A DNA stretch of 64,000 nucleotides from Hemiscyllium ocellatum. Taxonomy: Eukaryota. The translations under genes were made by a program, and so were the position numbers. Under the pieces are notes generated by a model. It did no database searches and was not told the DNA's origin. It was given only the letters and a program-made list of their open reading frames with translations. Positions within the stretch are counted from its first letter, which is position 1. Every line of letters begins with the position of its first letter. Below are positions 48,853 to 62,059 of this stretch, piece after piece. Where the stretch lies: positions 41,974,001 through 42,038,000 of the forward strand of contig NC_083426.1 of the NCBI RefSeq assembly GCF_020745735.1, written 5' to 3'.

Positions 48853-51800
48853 CCTGCCCCCTTGAGAAAAAAATGAATCATCATAATGAAAAGATGGCTT
48901 CTTTTTTTTCTATTTTTTAAACACATTACCCTAACATACAGAAAACTTTAATATAAGTTCACCGTAACCTCTTCCCATATTCCTGTATAACATTAAATAA
49001 AGACAAGTGTTATCTAAACTCCATCAGTTAAATCTGTGATAACACATCTGTGATTACATTCTTCTGATCCGCAATATGTATGATTTTTAAATTAAAAGTC
49101 TGTATCATAAGACTCCAATGAAACATTGTCATATTCTTATCCTTAAAATATTCTAAGAATGTAAGCGGACTGTAGTCTCAGACACATTGCTTGTGACATA
49201 GACATTAAATTGTTGTAAGGACAGTACCAAACTCCATAGTTCTTTTTCAATCGTGCAGTATTTCCTCTGGTAAATGGTCATCTTCTTGGTAAAGTAACCA
49301 ACTGGCAGTTCAATCCCATCCTCATCTTCCTGTAGGAGTACAATTCCAATATCTGTAGCATTAATGGTGGCTTTAAAAGGTTTTGAAAAGTTTAGTGTAG
49401 CTAAAACTGGTTGGTGGTTAATATTGATATCAAATGGTCGAATGCGTCCTGGCATTGTTCTGTCCACTGCAACTTTGTGTTCTTCTTCAGCAAATTGGTT
49501 AACGGTGCCACTACACTCCCGAGGTTTGGAACAAACTACTGATAGATTCCGCTGAGCCCTAAGAATCAAAACACCTCTTTCTTCCAGGTTGGTCATGGAA
49601 ATTTCTCGATGGCCTTCGTCTTTGGGTTCCATGACCGATGTTATGTCCCAAGAACATCACCTCTGCTTTCACAAATTCTGTTTTATTTAAGTTTATCATC
49701 AGTTTTACTTCTCAGTTGTTCAAAGAGCTCTGCCAACTGTACCATGTGATCTTTCCAGGACTTAGTAAAGATCACTACATCACCCAAATAGACTGCACAG
49801 TTTGTTAACCCAGCCACAACTCTGTACATGAGTCTTTGGAATGTGATGGGTGTGTTCTTCATTCCAAAGGGCATCACTTTAAACTGATATTGCCCATTTG
49901 GGGTTACAAATGCAGAAATTTCTTTTGCCGTCTCTGATAAAGGTATCTGCCAATACCCATGCATTAATTCCAACTTGGCGATGTAACTGGCTTGTCCAAC
50001 TTTCTCAATACAGTCGTACAATCTAGGAATTGGATATAAGTCTGATTTTGTAATGGCGTTGACCTTCCGATAATCCATGCAGAATCGTTGAGTCCCATCC
50101 GGTTTGGGAACTAAGACGATCGGCAAACACCACTTGCTCTGGCTTGGTTCGAAGGTATCCTCATCAAGCATGGCCACCACCTCCAGCTGGACCTGTCTGG
50201 CTTTGAAAGGATTAAGCCGAAAGGGGTGTTTTATTTAAATCAGAGCAGTATTCCCTACATCTATTTCATGTACAATAGTATTAGTCTTCCTAATCTGATT
50301 CTTACATATGTCCTTATGCTGCAGTAACAAATGTTTCAACTGTGTTTTATGCTCCTGAGACAGATAGTTTTTGAACCTATCCCACTCCTCAAGGACTTCT
50401 TCATTTTTTAATCTATTTTGAGGCACCTCAAAATCCACATCAGCTGGACCTGATTCCTCACTCTGTGGGGGCAGTAACCAACACCTGTTTCTCCAGTTCC
50501 TTTTCTCTAATACAATATGGGTTCGACATGCTCACATGACATACTCGATACTTTTTTCCTATCTGGCATCTTTACTAAATAGTTCATCTGTCTCAACGTT
50601 TTCTCAATTTGATAGAGAGCACTAAACCTGACTTTGAAGGGATCTCCTATCACTGGTGACAGTACTAACATGTCATGCCCTTGGGAAAACGTCCGAGTCT
50701 CAAGGCTTTTATCTGCCATCTGCTTCATTCTACACTGTGTCCTCTTTTGGTGCTGTTTAGCGAACTCACCTACTCTGTTAAATCTCTCCCTCACCTTGAT
50801 ACATAATCTTAAGTGTGAGATCTCCGACTTTGGTCCTGTCAATTTTTCTTTAATTAATTTCAAAGGGCCTCTCACTTACCCAACTATTAACTCAAAGGGA
50901 GTGAACTGAATAGATTCATTTGGGGCATCTCTAATGGCAAGTAATACGAATGGGATACCTTTATCCTGCTCATTTGGGTAATCCTGACAGTATGCTCTCA
51001 ACATGGTCTTCAAGATCTGATGCCACCTTTCTAAAGCTCCCTGGGATTCAGGGTGATATGCCCTGGATTTAAAGTGCTGCATACCTAAGCTATCCATAAC
51101 CTCCTTAAATAGCCTAGCAGTAAAATAGCACTAAAATCAGCCCATACTGTGTGAAGAAAGCTACTAATTCCTCTACTACTCTTTTTGCCTTGATACTCCA
51201 TAATGGAATTGCCTCCGGGAATCTGGTAGACACATCCATTATGATTAACAAATACTGATTCCCACTTTCAGTTCTCGGGAGGGGACCTGCACAATCAGTT
51301 ATAATCCATGTGAAAGGTTCTTCAAATGTGGGAATTGGCAACAAAGGGGCTGGTTTTATTACTGCCTGTGACTTACCTACCATTAGATAGGTATGACATG
51401 TACAGCAAAAGTTAACCACATCGTTGTGCCTTCCAGGCCAATAAAAATGTTTTGGCACCTTAATCTGAGTCTTTCATACCCTTAGGTGACCTTGTACAGA
51501 TAGTTCATGTGTTACCCGTAACATCTCCTGTCTGTACGCCAGCAGCAACACCATCTGGTGCACTTCGGCCTCTTTCTCCTCTGCACTAATCTGCTGTGGT
51601 CTCCATTTCCATCTTAGGATTCTGTCTTTCAGATAATAACCCTCCAGAATATTCTCTGCCTCCTTTTCAGAGTACGCATTCACACATATATCTTTTATCA
51701 TCTTGTCTTACTGTTGCAAGTCCTTTAGCCTTTCATGACTAAACATTTCTGTCTGACCCTCTCCTATTCAGGTTTTTCCTGCATCATTATGTTAAACAGG

Positions 51801-52206
51801 GTATCCACTAACTAAACCACAACTCCTTCATCTTTCTCTTTACTTTTCACTTCATGCTGTGACTTATGATAGTGGGATCTGGTTACTTAGTCTGGGAAAA
51901 TACAAGGATATTTCTGTTTTAACTCCTTAGATTCTTGGTCTTCTCCACAACAAGGGGTGCCACTCCCACCTTGGATCCTGCCAAATCATTCCCAAGAACA
52001 AACTGAATTCCTGGAACTGACATTCTGCCAATACTCCCACTGTTACTTCCCCACTCTTGAACTGGAATTCCAACCTGTTCTTACATAGGGCAACCCTAAA
52101 TCTCTGTCCATCTATCCCACAAATTAGCACACTCACAAGTAACAGATCAGAAAGAGTGCATATTCGCTCATCACTTACTATCAGAGACTGGTTCGATGCT
52201 GTATCT

Positions 52207-52344
52207 GAAAATGTGTTGCTGGAAAAGCATAGCAGGTCAGGCAGCATCCAAGGAATAGGAAATTCGACGTTTCGGGCATAAGCCCTTCATCAGGCACCAC
52301 ATTTTCAGCTCTGATCTCCAGCAGCTGCAGACCTCACTTTCTCC
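52207..52344. mobile_element. Penelope family-1 mini fold-back inserted in the Gmr1 element
   Basis: 14-bp TSD tcgatgctgtatct (52193-52206 / 52345-52358). Minus-strand hammerhead core at 52266-52293. Short inverted arm with tail. Confidence 0.88.
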
Positions 52345-53272
52345 TCGATGCTGTATCTCTCAAAATTATAACTTTGTGTCCTTCTCACCCTATTCTGCGT
52401 AAACTTTACCCACAAAGGCAAATTCTTTGTAGAGATCACGTACTAACTCCATACCCAGTCCCTGCCCAGGCTGTGCAGTCTCCTGCAGCTCCTCATCTCT
52501 TCTTGGGGTTTCCTTTACTACCTTCACTAATGCCACTGGTTTAGCTTCTTTTGCCACATCTTTTCCCACAGTTCCTTTCTTTAATGACCAGCACTGTGTC
52601 TTTACGTGTCCCACTTTACCACAGTGGAAACACTTGAGGCCTTCCACCTCCTTTCTCCCTTGGGCTTCTTTTTTATCCTGTGGTAAATTCTTACCAGTGC
52701 TCTCTACTCTGTTTCATAGTGTAGGATCTCCCCTTCTCCCAACTTCTATCCTTCACAGGACAAAATTCTGGCCGGAAGCTTGTCTAATGCACCATGTACT
52801 CATCTGTTAATTCTGCTGCCCTTCTCACTTCTTGAATGTTCTGTTCCTCCATGTGAATTCTTACCATCTCTGGAAGTGAGTTTTTAAACTCCTCCAGCAG
52901 AATAATCTGTTTTAGAGCCTCAAATGTCCTATCTATTTTCAAAGCACGCACCCATCAATCAAAATAACTGTTTAATTCTTTTGAACTCAGCGTAAGTCTG
53001 ACCTAGTTCCTTCTTTGTGTGGCTGAACCACTGTCTATATGCTTCTGGTACCAAATCATAAGCACTTAAAATAGCCTGTTTAGCCTTTTCATAGTCTCTT
53101 GACCCTTCTTCTGACAGTGCAGCAAATACCTCACTAGCTCTGCCGACCAGTTTAGTCTGAACTAGCATTACCCATAAATCCTCAGACCACTCCATCTGCC
53201 TAGCCAATTTTTCAAATGAAATAAAAAAGGCATCAACATCTTTCTCATCAAAATGTGGCAAAGTTTTGACAC

Positions 53273-53320
53273 ACACATATTATATATATATATATTACAC
53301 ATACACACACACACACACAC
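53273..53320. repeat. (CA)/(TA) compound microsatellite inside gag
   Basis: cacacacatattatatatatatatattacacatacacacacacacacac. Confidence 0.85.
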
Positions 53321-53924
53321 CTTCTCTATTTATCTTCATTCTGTTAACTTGACTTTGCTGACTAAGTCACAACTTCAAGTTCAAATTCTCTTTTTGTCTC
53401 TCCCTTTCGTATATCTCTCTTTGCTCAGCTAAGAACATTCTCTCTCTCTCTCTCTTTCTTTCCTCTCTCTGTCTCTCTCTTTGTTGATCTTCTAACTCCA
53501 CCTTTCTCAACCGTAATTTAAGTTTGTCTACCTCTACTGCACTTGTCTGTTTCTCCAGCACACCTAAGTGTTTGAGTAAGCCCTTTACAATTTCAGCTTT
53601 ATTTTTATCCTTGGTTAAACCCAAACCTAACTTATTTGCTAATTCTAAAAGTATGGCATTTTTCTTTCTTTCTAAACTTTCTTGGTAAATCTGAGAATCA
53701 TCTTCAAATCCCACAACCTCTTTAGCAATTTTAAGAGCCATATCTCTCACTTTTAACTTAATCAACTACAAGTCACTAAAATTAAGCAAGTTGTCTCAGC
53801 TGTGCTTTATTTGAAGATCTAGGACACTAACCTGGAAGTATTTAAATCTGCTGGGATTTTTTGTATCCCAAATCAATTCAAATCTGTCTAAACCAGTTCA
53901 AATCATGGATCTGAACTTCTAAAC

Positions 53925-54625
53925 TGTTACGACATGGGATAAACTCTCCTGCTTAATTTAAAACCAATAACATAGAAAAAAAATGATCCCATGTAGTAAT
54001 CTGTAAAAATTTGAGTATATAAGTAAAAATTAACAACTTTATTTCTTAAAGTATAACAAAGAATAATTAACCAACAACAACATACAAGTCCTTACTCTAG
54101 CCTATCTTTTATCTTCCCTTTTATAATACTAGTCCGATAAAACTTCCAATTAACACTTCTTATCTCAAAACCATGCAGCTTTTCGTTCTTCTATTTGGAT
54201 CTTCCTGTGTCAGCTTTTCTTTTTTTATAGGAATTTCTGTGTCACAGGTTACTGATCAAAAAAGTACCTTTCAAGAGAGCTATTTTTCAAGCAGTTTGTT
54301 ACATGCTGGGGCTTGGCAGTTCTCCTCTCAACTGTTCAATTTTCCCTGGTCTTTTACACCCCCACCCCCCCCAAAGCATGGGATTGTGTCATTGGCTTTC
54401 AAGATTGTCAATATACTTAATTCAAACTAGACTGGAATTTGGTATTTTTCAGGATATAATTTAAACTGATTGGCCAATTTGAATTTGTTTGTGTCTCTGG
54501 GCAATGAGCTAATTGAGTTGTTCAACCAAGTGTTACATTGTTACCTTATTGAGAACACTTGGTGCTGTGTCTGGTAGTTCTGCTGCTTTTAACTCTCTTA
54601 AAAGTACACCCACATCTTCATACCA
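53925..54625 (-). repeat. 5' LTR of the Gmr1-type element
   Basis: TGTTACGA...CATACCA; colinear with 48150-48852, with many substitutions and small indels. Confidence 0.9.
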
Positions 54626-55619
54626 GTAGCTGTAAAGAAGAGAATAATTGATATTGGCTGAGAAGCGGATCAGACATTATAAAGATATGGTACTGAACGA
54701 ACAGAACTTCGTGTTCCTATACATAAAAAAATCAATAGGTGGAGTATTATTCCATACCTAAACCTGGACATACATTGGAGACTGCTTGATGTTCCTGACA
54801 TTAGTGCATAAGAGTTTACATGGGAGATGCTGAGAAGTCAGATTTTACCAATTATTATTAACTTTTACAGAATGGAGCTTCTACCATGTCCAGCTTACAT
54901 ATGAGATGCACGAGTGTTTGTATTTACAAGAGTGGAACTAAAGCAGAAAGGCACGGTGTACACAATGTAGGAATGTGCAGGATTTACTATCTGCTTTCTT
55001 AGTAAGTAGACAGACAATACTCAACTCACCATAAAACTGTCACTGCTTATTCAACAACATTTGCAACGGATGTCACGGAATTATTCTGAAAACAATAGAA
55101 CTAACATAGTGTGTTCAAATGAATTTTACTTTACAATCTTCATAAAGTAAAAACTGGAAATCACAGATTCCACATCAAGCAATCTTGCAAACTTGCAAAA
55201 TCATTTTGGAGGTAATATTTGCTCCCCACTAGCCCAATTCTTAAAATTCCTTATATCAGTATAGTTGCATCTTGAAGACTCCAGGTCCACAAAGTGTTGG
55301 ATAGTTATCATCCGTTGTGTCTTGGACTGATCTTGATGCAGATTGCTCTAGACCTGACCACGTTATTGGGAAGTATGAAGTCATTAATCTGAGAACAACC
55401 TGGAGTATCATTTTCTTCAAGCACTTGTGGAACTCTTCTACATTTTCCTATCTTGAAGAACTGCTCCACAGCTGGTCAGGCTTTGATATCCAGTTCTTGT
55501 CCATTGATTCAACATTTCCAAGGTAGGGCTGTAATTCCTAGCAATAACATTCTCCTTTACAATTTCCAACAGCGAACGCAGTGTATCTTCAATAATACAT
55601 CTTATTATAATGCATACAC

Positions 55620-55970
55620 ACAATCATTTACTTAATTAAAATTATTAAAAACATTGCAAATAGGCAAAATCTTTTCTTGGGGTCGGGGAGTCCAGAACTA
55701 GAGAGCATAGGTTTAGGGTTAGAGGGGAAAGATATAAAAAGAGATCTACAGGGCAACTTTTTCACGCAGAGGGTGGTATGTGTATGGAATGAGCTGCCAG
55801 AGGAAGTGGTGGAGGCTGGCAACATTTAAGAGGCATTTGGATGGGTATATGAATAGGAAGGGTTGGGAGGATATGGGTCAGGTGGGACTAGATTGGGTTG
55901 GGATATCTGATCAGCATGGATGGGTTGGACTGAAGGGTCTGTTTCTATGCTATAGATCTCTATGATTCTA
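55620..55970 (+). mobile_element. CR1 3' fragment
   Basis: agggcaactttttcacgcagagggtggtatgtgtatggaatgagctgcc; ctatgattcta tail. Confidence 0.88.
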
Positions 55971-58479
55971 TAAAAGTTGAGCGTCAGTACACTAAATTTT
56001 CAGCATTCAATGGGACCATATTCTCCTTTCACATGAAGTCGGAGTGCATACAAGTGAGTATGGCAAGGCAGGGACAGTGTGAAATGAATCTTCCCTTGAT
56101 TCTCTGTCAGCAACAGCTCACCATTTTTAAACCTTGCTTCAGCCCATCAAACCAATGAGTTGTTTCAAGATAGCAGCAGACCTGCTGTCCCTCCAAAGCC
56201 AAAAATATGACAAGAGTTGCAGTTTTAGAAGGCTTCAGAAATAGTACACATTTATGTTCCATGAACACATTTTGTAAATATCAATTGTTAAATGCCATAG
56301 AAACCTGCCCGAGGACCAATCTCTTCAGAGATTACAAATGCAAAAGAAGTTTGTGTTCATGGTAGTTTTTGAAAAGGGATAAAATTCACGAACAGATTCC
56401 CATATAAACTGATCAGAAATTTATTAGCACTTCAGCAAACATTACACTGCTAAGCAGGATTAGTTCAGCTACACGACAAAAGACCACGTCCAGACAAATC
56501 TAATGCAACACTACACCAGATCTACAATGAAACGCCAGTGAAGGGTTATGCATGCACAGTATTAAAGCCTCACAAACTAAGTTTTAAGGAAACAATTTAG
56601 AACTCATGGGTCATCTTCCAATTTAAAATCAGCATAGCAAAAATATAGGATGCAAATATCAATCTGCTGCAAAACCCACTTTAAATGATACTATAGTTTT
56701 CATTTACACCTAAAATCCATCCTTTTGTTTACTCACTTGTCCCCAATACCTTTGGCTTGTCACAATCATCATTTTTTTTTCACACAATCACTCCTACTCT
56801 CCATTCTAGAACATATATTCCTCTTTATATTCCCTTGCCTACCTGACTCTGTGAATGTGTGTGGACTGTTAAATCTCCAACTTTCTTTTTCAATTCTATT
56901 GACCAGTCATGACCTGAAACATTAACACCTGCTTTTTTTCTCTACAGAAGCTGCTGGACCTGCTGAAAACTTCCATCTTTTGTGCTTTCCAGTTCAAAAT
57001 TACACTGCTGGCAGTTCTTGATGAGTGGATTCCACATAAATTACAATGTTTTCATTGTAATCCTGTAGGATTCTGAACTACTGCCTAAATCTGTGCTGCT
57101 GCCAGGTTTTGCAGATTAGTTTTGGGTAGTATGCGCTGATGGTATAAGGGAACCCTGCTCTGGAAGGTTAATGGGGTCAATTATGCACTTTAAGACTCAA
57201 GTCATCTCGAGCTTATTACAAGCATTATCAGCTTACTGAGCAGTAGCTGGCATCTTCTTCAAGCCAGCACCATAATGTCAACAGCCTTTTAAATAGAAAC
57301 TGAAGCCCATGGGATTAAAGGGACATTGGCTTGTGGACATAAAATTGGCTAAGGGACAAAAAGTAGAGAGCAATTTACGAACAGCTGTTTTCGAGATTGA
57401 AGGAAACTATTCAGTGGCATCTAAAGGTTCTTGTGGCATAGTGATAGTATCCCTACCTCTAAAGCTGGGGAGACCTGGGTTTCAGTGAAACCTACTCCAG
57501 AAGTGTGTAACAGAGATGTTATGTTCCTGAACAAGTTGATCAGGAAACTATCTGCAATAGTGGCGCCCAAGGGCCAGCTTTGGGACCACTGTTCTTTTAC
57601 AACTAACATGAAACTCAAATGTAGCAAACAGTGGGGCTGCCTAAAGATAGGGTGAAATAACACATACAGTAAATGAGAATTGAAGCCTGATTCATTCATT
57701 TCTTTTTAATAGAAAGAAAACAAATGTTAGAGGGAACACATATTAAAGTCGTAGGAAATGTAGAGTAGTAGGGTAGGGGAATGGATCTAGGTGGGATATT
57801 CTGAGGGTCAGTGTGGACTTGTTGGGCCAAATGGCCTGTACCACACTGTAGGGACTCTATGATTCTATGTAATGATACAATTATAAAGTGGGCGCAGGAA
57901 CAGAGGATTTTTAAGCTCTTTCTGGGGACTCGAAATACTTTCCAGGCTCCGTCTCAATCCTGGATCATTTGACCCAGAGGTAGGATGGGGGGCACAATCG
58001 GGTCGCTAGCCCATTTACTACAGGGAGCTGATTAAACTTGTCAATAAACACTTAAGGGGTCGATCCAGGGTTTTCCAGCCAACGTCCATGTCCTCACAGG
58101 CCGCAGGGGGGCAGTTTAGCAAAGTAGCCGCCTGCATTAAGCCAGAAGACCAGTGTTCCAGGCCTGGGTGCAAAAGCAGGCCACCTTGTGAGGGGTTCAC
58201 CCTAACAACCTCTCTCATTTCCTCTCTACTCTCCCTAACCAACTTGTGGCCCAGCTGCAAATTTGAAAATATTGGAGTGTGTTCCTTTAAGTTTAAATCT
58301 CCCGCTCAAGCTGTGACAGCTGCTATTCTCCAGCTGGGAGGCCTGTACGGATTCCCTAGCTCCATTAGATGGCATGGCCACCCTCTGGTCATAATCGGCA
58401 GAGTCTGGGAAAATTACAAGTGTGAGATATTGGAGTCAGAAACCAACAGAAAACCTCTGCCTCTTATTTGAATGCACAA

Positions 58480-59200
58480 CTCTGAAGATACTTGAACATA
58501 TTGTAGAATAGTACAACATAGTATAGGTTTTTCAGCTTTTGATGTTGTGCCAACCTTTTATGCTAATCTCAGATCAAACTACATATCCTTCATTTTACTA
58601 TCATCCATGTGCCTATCCAAGAATTGCTTAAATGTCCCTAGTGTATCTGACTCTATTACCACCACTGGCAGTGCATTCCACATACCCATCACTCTGTGTA
58701 AAGAACCCACCTCTGACATCTACCCTAATCCTTCCTCTGATCACCTTAAAATTATGTTCCCTTGTGATAGCCATTTCTGACCTGGGCTATTCACTCCATC
58801 TATGCCTCTCAGCATGTTGTACACTTCTACCAAATTACCTCTCACTCTTCTTCACTCCAATGAGAAAAGTCATAGCTTCCTTAACCTTTCTTCACAAGAC
58901 ATGCCCTCCAGTCCAGGCAGCATCCTGATAAATCTCCTCTGCACTCTTTCTAAAGCTTACACATCCTTCAGTTCAGGTGACCAGAACTGAACACAATATT
59001 CCAAGTGTGGTCTAACCAGGGCTCTATAGAGCTGCAGCATAAACGTGAGGCTCTTAAACTCAATCCCCTGCTAATGGAAGCCTTCACACTATCGCCTTCT
59101 TAACAATTCTATCAAGTTGGTTGACAACTTTGATAGATCTATAGACATGGACCCGAAGTTCCCACTGTTCCTCCACACTGCCAAGAATCCTACCTGTAAC
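58480..59200 (-). mobile_element. CR1 3' fragment
   Basis: ccagaactgaacacaatattccaagtgtggtctaaccagggctctatagagctgcagcat, the antisense of the [13 protein letters not shown] region. tagaatagtacaaca tail. Confidence 0.85.
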
Positions 59201-60741
59201 CGGAGAAAGTGAAAATGATATCCTTAGTTTTATAAATAAAGACACAGAATATAAAAGCAAGGAATCACTTTAGGAAAGACAAAGTTATGTACAGAATGGA
59301 GAGAAAATTTACTCCAAGGGTAGCACAGATGAAACCCTTCACTTGCATGAAGAGAATAATTCAGACTGTTCTCCTGAGTGAAGAAGGTGCGGAGATGTTT
59401 TAACTGCCATGCCCAATGACTTCATTTTGCAGCTCCCTGCCCAAAATTAGGTAAAGCTTCCGGTAACTCAGCTTTAGGCTACGGAGGATAATTAACAAAC
59501 ACCTAAAGGCTTCATTCCAGCTTGGCTACAATTTCTCTAGTATCTGGGAGGCAGTGGGGTGGGGAAGCATTTACAGGGAGGCAAAAGCAAGACTACTAGC
59601 CCAGCAGCTGTTACCCTGCAAAATATAGAGGGGTTGAATACTAAAAAGGGATGGGATACTGTAGATATAAGGGTTAAAGACAATTTAACATGGGCAGGGA
59701 CTTCAAGAGGGGGCTTGGTGGGAAGGTCTTCAATGGTCATCACTACACTGGCCTTAATGGGGGGGGGGGGGGGGGGAGAGAAACAGTTTATCATGATATT
59801 GAGCAGTGCTATGCAGCAGACTTGGGGCTCAGTGGGTCAATTCTGAAGATTGACTAAAAGGGTTTGGTGGGAACATAGGGAAGCTCAAAGCATATGAGGT
59901 TGACAGGGACTGTAATGAAGAAAGGAAAGTTACATGACTATACCTAGAATGGACACAGCCTACAACTCAACGTTGAGCAGAATCTGGGAAACATTTCACT
60001 TTCAATTGATTCTTAACTGTGCAATAAAGATGGCCCACACACCCAGAATGGGCGAGTAAGTTTGTTTCATTTTGTCTGCAGGAGCAGGCTTCACTATGGG
60101 CAATGTGAGACACTTCAAAGTGCCTCCATAAGACAAGTGAAGGAATGAGTTACATATAGGTGGAATCGGTGGTACTAATGGGAGAGCAGCTCAGCACATC
60201 ATGAATCTTACTTAAATCCAGGACATACAGGTCATAGAGTGACCGCCTTTACTTGCAAGCTCAAGGGTCTTCTCCTTGTAGGGCTGATGAAGGTTGGCCA
60301 TCTTACTACCAATCTTGCCCCTTCAAGCCTTACAGGAGACATTGCATCTTGCAATGAGACAAAAGAAATGGTAGAGGGAGATGAAATTGGCAGCCACAGC
60401 CATTAGTGATTGCACATGTGGAGGAAAGGTAGTGTCTTGATTTGAGTGACTAGAAAGCACAATGTTTAAATATGGCAACTGCAACAGGAATGCTGGAAAA
60501 TTCACTTCTGCCTCTGCTGACTACAGGACCACTCGAGTGGACCGTGGAAGCAGGATGCACAGTGGATGAGATTAACAGTGGTAAATTGCATGAAAAAAGT
60601 CACCAAGGCTAAAAAGAATGAATCTCCTCAAAAATTAATACTTAACCATTTGTGTCAAAGCATTTGGGGCAGCTAGAGGCACAAGAGAAAATTCTGATTT
60701 TCTAAGTTGACAAGATGAAAGCAGAGCATGCAAAGGACAAT

Positions 60742-61019
60742 GGGCAGCATGGTGGCACAGCGGTTAGCACTGCTGCCTCACAGCACCATAGACCCGGGTT
60801 CAATTCCCACCTCAGGTGACTGTGTGTGGAGCTTGCACATTCTCCCACTGTCTGCGTGGGTTTCTTCTAGGTGCTCTGGTTTCCTCCCACAGTCCAAAAA
60901 ACGTGCAGATTAGGTGAACTGGCTATGCTAAATTACCCGTAGTGTTAGGCGAAGGGGTCTGGTTGGTATGGACTTGTTGGGCTGAAAGGCCTGTTTCCAC
61001 ACTAAGTAATCTAGTCTAA
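60742..61019 (+). mobile_element. HE1-like V-SINE
   Basis: Head, V-domain and taatcta tail as at 41037. Confidence 0.88.
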
Positions 61020-62059
61020 CTGATAAGCTGATTTGCATATCAGTAAAGAAAACATATCACATTTTCATTGCAATGAGTTCTGTCCCTGGTGCATTGACCT
61101 CTATCTAGTTTCCATGTTGCATTTCATTAAAGCAATGGTCAACACCCAAGTTTAAAATACCTAAACCTACCCTTAGGATGAATAATCTCCTTAATGGCAA
61201 CATTGAGGACTCATTATGTAGTTAGTATGCTATTATATTTGTGAGACTTAACTGGGTTATTTTTAAAGATTAAAGAACTTCTTGACAGGTACAAATGCCA
61301 CATCTTTTAGGACATCCTGATTGGGTGTATTAATGTTAAAATTGCTCTCTGGTTTATTATTTTTAATTGGATTACTAGGAAAGCTTGTAAAGCAGGCATA
61401 TCTCTACACTGCCTATAGCAGAACTCCAATCTCCTTGCAACAAAGGCAATGTAGTTATTATGAATGAAGGTAGAAGGCATTACAGACTTGGGCTTGTAAC
61501 TCAAACTGCCATTTTCTACTGGGACATCCTCACAGATGGTCTGCGATTTTGGGAGCATTAATCTGTGTAAAAGTCATTGACATCTGAGAGGGGAGGAATA
61601 TCAGATGCTCCTGGATGAATTTCTTGATGATAGATGGAGTGTGCGCTCCAGTAATGTTAAAGGACAAATGGTCAAAAAAAGCTTTTAAACCATGCTCAAG
61701 GAGGGGAGAAAATGCTATTTTGTGGAAAACAGCATTAACTCGAACACACTTAAGCTGCATACTATTCATATTGAAACAGTGACAGTCACTGGCCTTACAA
61801 CTGGCTCTGCGCACATGGGTTCAAACCTTACAACAGCAGCTGGTGGAATTTAAATTGTTAATAATTCTGGAATATGAAATAAAACCAGTAATGGTGACTT
61901 TGACATTTTTATTGATTGGTGTAAAAACCTTACCTGGTTTATACTTGTCAAAGGGTATTCAAATGTAGGTTCATCAATTTGCTTCATGGGTTAAATGAAG
62001 TGATTGAGCAATGAGAAGTGGTCTGACTGCACTATTTGAAGCTTATCCTTAGCATAACA

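Larger units (their letters stand above)
48150..54625 (-). mobile_element. Full-length but decayed Gmr1-type Ty3/Gypsy LTR retrotransposon (gag-PR-IN-RT-RH)
   Basis: Two LTRs of about 700 bp and a 4-bp TSD GTAG (48146-48149 / 54626-54629). Minus-strand order: gag 53765-52959, CCHC knuckle 52647-52390, integrase 51701-50507, RT 50180-49683, RNase H 49632-49153, then a purine tract before the 3' LTR. Confidence 0.93.
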
